A DNA stretch of 18,529 bases from a virus (Duplodnaviria > Heunggongvirae > Uroviricota > Caudoviricetes), in IMG/VR virus record IMGVR_UViG_3300042869_000717, positions 78,208 to 96,736 of that record; one strand, written 5' to 3'. The position numbers and the translations under genes were made by a program. Below the pieces are notes generated by a model. It had not been told where the DNA came from. It searched no databases and saw only the letters and a list, made by a program, of their open reading frames with translations. Positions 13,817 through 18,529 of this stretch are shown one piece after another (the first letter of the stretch is position 1; each line of letters begins with the position of its first letter).

Positions 13817-15118
13817 ATGGCAAAGAAAATTAAAGAACAATTAGATTACGGGAATAGACCTGAAAGAATGGACCCAAATTTGGAAAGAAAACTTGCAAGT
13901 CCTGAGGGGTTATACGCTCAGAATCCTGCAATGAAAAAGAAAGAAGGTGATGTTCAAAGATTAATTAGTAATCGTTTCCAAAAAGTTGCGGAAAAATTAA
14001 GTGAAGTTACAGGTATTGAAAATTTAAGTTCTCAACAAACTCAAGGTATGATATACCAAGAAATGATGAGAAAATTACCAAACATCATGAGAATTGAGGC
14101 CGCTCATAGAGACGAGTTAGAACAATTGGCTATTGATGCATCTTTAGAAGAATCTGAAGTTCCTGATGATTGGTATAAAATTGAAGCTTATTTAAATCGA
14201 GAACCAATAGATACTTCAAACTTTAGAATGAAACCTGAAGAGGAAGAGGAGGATGAAGAAGAAAAAGAAGAAGGAATTGAAATCCCATCTTTTGAGGTTG
14301 AGGATTTAACTAAGGATGAAATTTTTGAATTAGAAAAACATAAAAGAAATATCATCAACGCAATTATTCAAGGTGCCGCAAAGAAAGGACATTATATGTT
14401 CCAAAAACCGGATATTAAGGCAAGACTTGATGAAATTGACCCATCTCTTTATAGAGATTATTTAGGGATTATGGCAATTAATGACTTCCTATATTTTAGT
14501 ATGGAACAAATGATTGAAATGATGAGTCAAACAGGTCAAGGAGTTGCAGGTAAAGTTGAGTTAGGTAGTAATGATGATGAAGATGGTGAAGAAGGAGAAG
14601 AAGGGGAAGAAACTCCTGATACTGTAATCAAAGCATTTGGTATGATTTTCCCTATTTTATGTCATGAAATTATTAAAGGTTTAGAAGAAGCCAAAGGTAG
14701 ACATGGATTACCAAAAGACCCTGAAATGGCTCAAAAAGTTATGGGACAAACAGATGTATTGAGTAATGAACCAATGCAACTAAGAATCGGTCCTGAAATT
14801 GTTGAACGAATTAGGTTTGCTTTACCTGATGATATATACGAACCTGAAAATAAAGGTTTGATAAACTGGTTTCATACTGTTTTATACCAAATTGAAGCTC
14901 AAGAATTTTTAGACATTATTGGAAATGCAATCTCTGAAGACTCTTCAAAAGTATCAAAAGCAACTTCAAGATTTAAAGAAATCATGAAAGAGGCTATTAA
15001 AATGAAAGAAGAGTTTGAAAACTACAAAGAAGAAGAAGGGATTGAATCTGATGACGAAGATGACGACGATGGATTAGATGATTTCTTGGGTAGTTTAGGT
15101 ATATCGAGACCTAAATAA
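13817..15118 (+). CDS. Acidic hypothetical protein (433 aa) directly upstream of terminase
   Basis: ORF track; poly-Glu/Asp tracts; contains HEIIKG. Confidence 0.85.
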   Translation: MAKKIKEQLDYGNRPERMDPNLERKLASPEGLYAQNPAMKKKEGDVQRLISNRFQKVAEKLSEVTGIENLSSQQTQGMIYQEMMRKLPNIMRIEAAHRDELEQLAIDASLEESEVPDDWYKIEAYLNREPIDTSNFRMKPEEEEEDEEEKEEGIEIPSFEVEDLTKDEIFELEKHKRNIINAIIQGAAKKGHYMFQKPDIKARLDEIDPSLYRDYLGIMAINDFLYFSMEQMIEMMSQTGQGVAGKVELGSNDDEDGEEGEEGEETPDTVIKAFGMIFPILCHEIIKGLEEAKGRHGLPKDPEMAQKVMGQTDVLSNEPMQLRIGPEIVERIRFALPDDIYEPENKGLINWFHTVLYQIEAQEFLDIIGNAISEDSSKVSKATSRFKEIMKEAIKMKEEFENYKEEEGIESDDEDDDDGLDDFLGSLGISRPK

Positions 15119-15132
15119 CCAAAAAACAACTC

Positions 15133-16890
15133 TTGAATAAAGAACAATTAATTATTGAAGTAACGAAGTGCATGAGGAATACTCCCTACGCACTTCGTAC
15201 TTATTTACAGACATACGATAATACGGTCTCAAAATACGTACCGTTAGACCTATTCCCCGACCAAATTACACTTATTGAGGATTATGATAATCACAATGAA
15301 AATGTTGCACTAAAGTATCGACAAGCGGGTGTATCGACCGTAACTGCCGCTTGGGCATCAAAAAAATTGGCCTTTGCAAAAAAAACTAAACCTGAAAAAA
15401 TATTAATCATTGCCAACAAGTTAGATACTGCGGTGGAGATGGCTAATAAAGTTAGAGGGTTTACTGAACAATGGCCCGCGTGGGTTGGTGTTGGATTCTC
15501 TCAAGAAAAAAATGCTCAACGTCACTTTAAACTAACTAATGGATGTGAAGTTAAAGCAGTTGCAACCTCTCGAGATGCTCTTAGGGGTTATACCCCAACT
15601 ATTCTGATATTTGATGAGGCGGCTTATATTGAGGCGGATGGAGATTTTTGGGCTGCTTGTATGGCATCCTTATCCACAGGGGGTAAGGTTATAGTTGTTT
15701 CCACACCTAACGGATACGACCCAATCTACTATGAAATTTATGACCAATCACTTAGAGGTATGAATGACTTCAAAGTGACTGAAATGTTTTGGCATCGTGA
15801 CCCACGATATACAAAAGATTTATATATGGTGAAAACAAATGACTTAGTCCATTTCTTATTAAATCGTGAAGAATATAATCTTGATGAGGTTGTAATTAAC
15901 CTATCAACGCCTAACCCATTTGAAAGAGACCATTCAATAGTGACAAACTATATAGAACAAGGGTATAAACCATGTTCATCATGGTTTGAAGGGATGGTTA
16001 AGAAATTAAAATATGATAGACGTAAAGTTGCACAAGAGTTAGAATGTAACTTTTTAGGTTCCGGAGATAATGTATTTGATTCGGATATGATGCAAGATAT
16101 TTCTAAAAACCAAGTTAAAGACCCGCAGGCTAAAATGATGGGTGGAGGTCTTTGGATATGGAAAGAACCGGAAAATGGTCATAAATATGTAATGGGTGTT
16201 GATGTATCTCGAGGAGATTCCGAAGATTTCTCAAGTATTGAAATAATTGATTTTGACGCCCGTGAACAAGTATTGGAATATGTTGGAAAAATTCCACCAG
16301 ATGTATTGGCAGAAATAGCTTATAAATGGGGAACCATGTATAGCGCCTTTTGTGTTGTTGATTTAACTGGTGGTATGGGAGTTGCAACCGCAAGAAAACT
16401 CCAAGAAATGAATTACCAAGGTGGATTATATGTTGATGGTGTTGATATGACCAATAAATGGAAATACGACCCAAAAATAAATGAAAAAATCCCGGGAATT
16501 AACTTTAACTCAAAAAGGGTTCAAATTATAGCCTCGTTTGAAGAAGCGATGAGACATAAGTTTAGAATTTATTCGAGTCGTTTGTATAATGAAATGAACA
16601 CATTTGTTTATATTAATGGACGACCTGACCACCAAAAAATGCATCACGATGATTGTATAATGAGTATTGCTATGGCAATATATGTTGCTGAGAAATCATT
16701 CCAATCACTAGAAAAAGTTACTAATCACACAAGAGCAATGTTAAACTCTTGGTCGACAGCTGTGACTGAAAATAAAAACTCCTCAGAATTCTTTAACCCG
16801 ATGGTGCCTCAAATGGGTAGACAACATCCAATGAATCAGGGGTCAACGAGAGAAGACTATCAAAAATACGGGTGGTTATTTGGCGGGTAA
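15133..16890 (+). CDS. terL: Terminase large subunit (T4 gp17-like)
   Basis: Walker A LKYRQAGVST, Walker B LIFDEAAY, motif III VSTPNG, RNase H-like nuclease MGVDVSRGDSEDFS and HHDDCIMS. TTG start. Confidence 0.93.
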   Translation: MNKEQLIIEVTKCMRNTPYALRTYLQTYDNTVSKYVPLDLFPDQITLIEDYDNHNENVALKYRQAGVSTVTAAWASKKLAFAKKTKPEKILIIANKLDTAVEMANKVRGFTEQWPAWVGVGFSQEKNAQRHFKLTNGCEVKAVATSRDALRGYTPTILIFDEAAYIEADGDFWAACMASLSTGGKVIVVSTPNGYDPIYYEIYDQSLRGMNDFKVTEMFWHRDPRYTKDLYMVKTNDLVHFLLNREEYNLDEVVINLSTPNPFERDHSIVTNYIEQGYKPCSSWFEGMVKKLKYDRRKVAQELECNFLGSGDNVFDSDMMQDISKNQVKDPQAKMMGGGLWIWKEPENGHKYVMGVDVSRGDSEDFSSIEIIDFDAREQVLEYVGKIPPDVLAEIAYKWGTMYSAFCVVDLTGGMGVATARKLQEMNYQGGLYVDGVDMTNKWKYDPKINEKIPGINFNSKRVQIIASFEEAMRHKFRIYSSRLYNEMNTFVYINGRPDHQKMHHDDCIMSIAMAIYVAEKSFQSLEKVTNHTRAMLNSWSTAVTENKNSSEFFNPMVPQMGRQHPMNQGSTREDYQKYGWLFGG

Positions 16891-16892
16891 TA

Positions 16893-16902
16893 CTATTTAT
16901 AT
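16893..16902 (+). promoter_or_regulatory. TATTTAT motif, putative late promoter for portal
   Basis: CTATTTATAT 27 nt before ATG 16930. Confidence 0.5.
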
Positions 16903-16929
16903 TACTGAGGAAATAAGTAAATTTAAATC

Positions 16930-18529
16930 ATGAGCGAACAACAAAATAATATGACGGTATGGCAGAGATTATCCCAAACATTTGGGCCTAATTCTCAATT
17001 AAACCAAGATTATCCAACTTTTAAGTTTGATAAAAAGGAATTACTACGTACCAAAAGTAAAGAAGAATACGAGAAAGAAAAGTTACAGGCGCAACAAACC
17101 TTTTATTTAACCAATCAATGGGCAAAAGTTGAGAATAATTTATATTCTCAGGCAATATATTATGAACCGTCAAGATTATCGGCACAATACGATTATGAAA
17201 GTATGGAATATTGCATCGCCGGAGACACAAAAATAGCAACTCCTGATGGTTTTATAACCATAAAAGAACTTGCTGACAAAGGCAGAGATTACGAATTTAT
17301 CACTTATTCGTATGACCACAATTTGAAAAAAGTCGTACCCTCAAAGGCTCGAAATGCACATTACACTCGAGATGAAATGACATATAAAGTTATTTTTGAC
17401 GATGGTTCATTTATTATCACAACATGGGAACACCAATTAATGAAAAGAGATGGGTCATTTGAGAGAGTTATGAACCTCAAAGACGGGGATTCTATGATGC
17501 CGTTTTATCGTAAATCATTTTATAATAACCAAAACTATAATTGGGTTTACACTTGCAATAAAGATGAAGGACACCATGGGTGGGTATCAGAACATAGTTT
17601 AATTGCAAAATGGTATAATGAAGTAGAAATAAAAGACAACGAAGAAGTACACCATATTGATTTTAATGGGAAAAATAATCTTCCTGAAAATTTATTAATT
17701 ATGGATATTTCAGAACATAGAGCATATCATGCAAGATTGAATAATGAAAAATTATGGTCTAATCCTGAGTATAGATTAAAAATGTCTGAAGTTGCCAAAC
17801 GTAAAGGTAAAATGACTTGGGGTGGAAAACGTAAAGGTAATAAAAATCCAGCATATTTTTCGATACCTTTTGACAATATCATTGAAACGGCGAGAATTGA
17901 GAAATCTTTGAAAAAAACATCTTTAAAGTTGAATGTTTCATACAGGAAATTACAAAGAGATATTACAAATTCCGGTTACAAAGATTGGTCAACATTCCTC
18001 GACGCTTATGGTATTGAAAAATCAAAATACTCTACGTCAAAAAGTGTGGGGTCTTCAATTAATTTGAATCATAAAATAGTGTCAATAGAACCTAATGGAG
18101 TTATTCCTGTTTATGATTTAACAGTTCCCGGATATAAAAACTTTGCAACAGATACTATATTTTCCCATAACACTCCTGAAATATCAGCAGCGTTAGACAT
18201 TTATGCGGAAGAATCAACCACAACAAATGAAGATGGGTTTATATTACAAATTTATTCAGAGTCAAACAGAATAAAAGGGGTATTAGCCGACTTGTTTAAT
18301 AACTCACTTGACATTAACACTAACCTACCAATGTGGACAAGAAACACTTGCAAGTATGGTGATAACTTTATTTTTTTAAAATTAGACCCTGAAAAAGGAA
18401 TTGTAGGTGTTCAACAATTACCAACAATCGAGATTGAAAGACATGAAGTAGGGGTAAGTGCAAAAATATCGACTGACATAACTAAAGAATTAGATAAAGA
18501 CAAAAAATCTCTTCATTTTACTTGGAAGA
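16930..18529 (+). CDS. Portal protein (T4 gp20-like), intein-interrupted, 3' truncated by window edge; missing from ORF track
   Basis: Manual translation from ATG 16930 (MSEQQNNMTVWQRLSQTFG...) is open to the end. The spliced junction YDYESMEY|TPEISAALDIYAEEST, followed by WTRNTCKYGDNF, fits T4-like portal N-termini. Directly follows terL. Confidence 0.85.
   Translation, partial: MSEQQNNMTVWQRLSQTFGPNSQLNQDYPTFKFDKKELLRTKSKEEYEKEKLQAQQTFYLTNQWAKVENNLYSQAIYYEPSRLSAQYDYESMEYCIAGDTKIATPDGFITIKELADKGRDYEFITYSYDHNLKKVVPSKARNAHYTRDEMTYKVIFDDGSFIITTWEHQLMKRDGSFERVMNLKDGDSMMPFYRKSFYNNQNYNWVYTCNKDEGHHGWVSEHSLIAKWYNEVEIKDNEEVHHIDFNGKNNLPENLLIMDISEHRAYHARLNNEKLWSNPEYRLKMSEVAKRKGKMTWGGKRKGNKNPAYFSIPFDNIIETARIEKSLKKTSLKLNVSYRKLQRDITNSGYKDWSTFLDAYGIEKSKYSTSKSVGSSINLNHKIVSIEPNGVIPVYDLTVPGYKNFATDTIFSHNTPEISAALDIYAEESTTTNEDGFILQIYSESNRIKGVLADLFNNSLDINTNLPMWTRNTCKYGDNFIFLKLDPEKGIVGVQQLPTIEIERHEVGVSAKISTDITKELDKDKKSLHFTWK
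17212..18171 (+). mobile_element. Intein (320 aa) with an HNH homing endonuclease
   Basis: Block A CIAGDTKIATPDG, block B IITTWEHQLM, block F/G IVSIEPNGVIPVYDLTVPGYKNFATDTIFSHN, +1 Thr. HNH core EEVHHIDFNGKNNLPENLLIMDISEHRAYH (17641-17730). Confidence 0.93.

Noticed and set aside
11708-17239. ORFs 11708..11896, 12004..12273, 12131..12313, 13204..13395, 13473..13799, 16130..16474 and 17021..17239
   Set aside because: All are nested in or antisense to longer supported genes (including terL and portal). The repeat in 13473..13799 merely mirrors the 99-bp duplication.
1-18529. Stop-codon recoding (alternative genetic code)
   Set aside because: Long conserved genes are uninterrupted under code 11, and TAG (10061, 10804) and TGA (227, 1558, 12596) end genes at sensible junctions.

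Overview
An AT-rich, gene-dense segment of a large tailed-phage genome (T4-like packaging genes; probably a huge/jumbo phage). Several exact TAnnTTTG promoter elements point to a Bacteroidota host. Left (1-3880, minus): a tightly packed run of small hypothetical genes plus a HAD phosphatase-like gene. Centre (3938-9469): a tmRNA with an unusual 22-codon tag, an M20/M28-type zinc peptidase, a ClpC-type ATPase that lacks the N-terminal domain but keeps the ClpP-binding IGF loop, and a divergent twin-UVR protein. Together these look like a possible phage-encoded tag-and-degrade module. Right (9530-end, plus): genes preceded by a recurrent TATTTAT motif, namely a KTSC protein, a Pol-beta nucleotidyltransferase, several acidic uncharacterised proteins, the terminase large subunit and a portal gene. 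The portal carries a 320-aa HNH-containing intein and runs off the window, so it is absent from the ORF track. All calls come from reading the sequence by eye; no searches were run.
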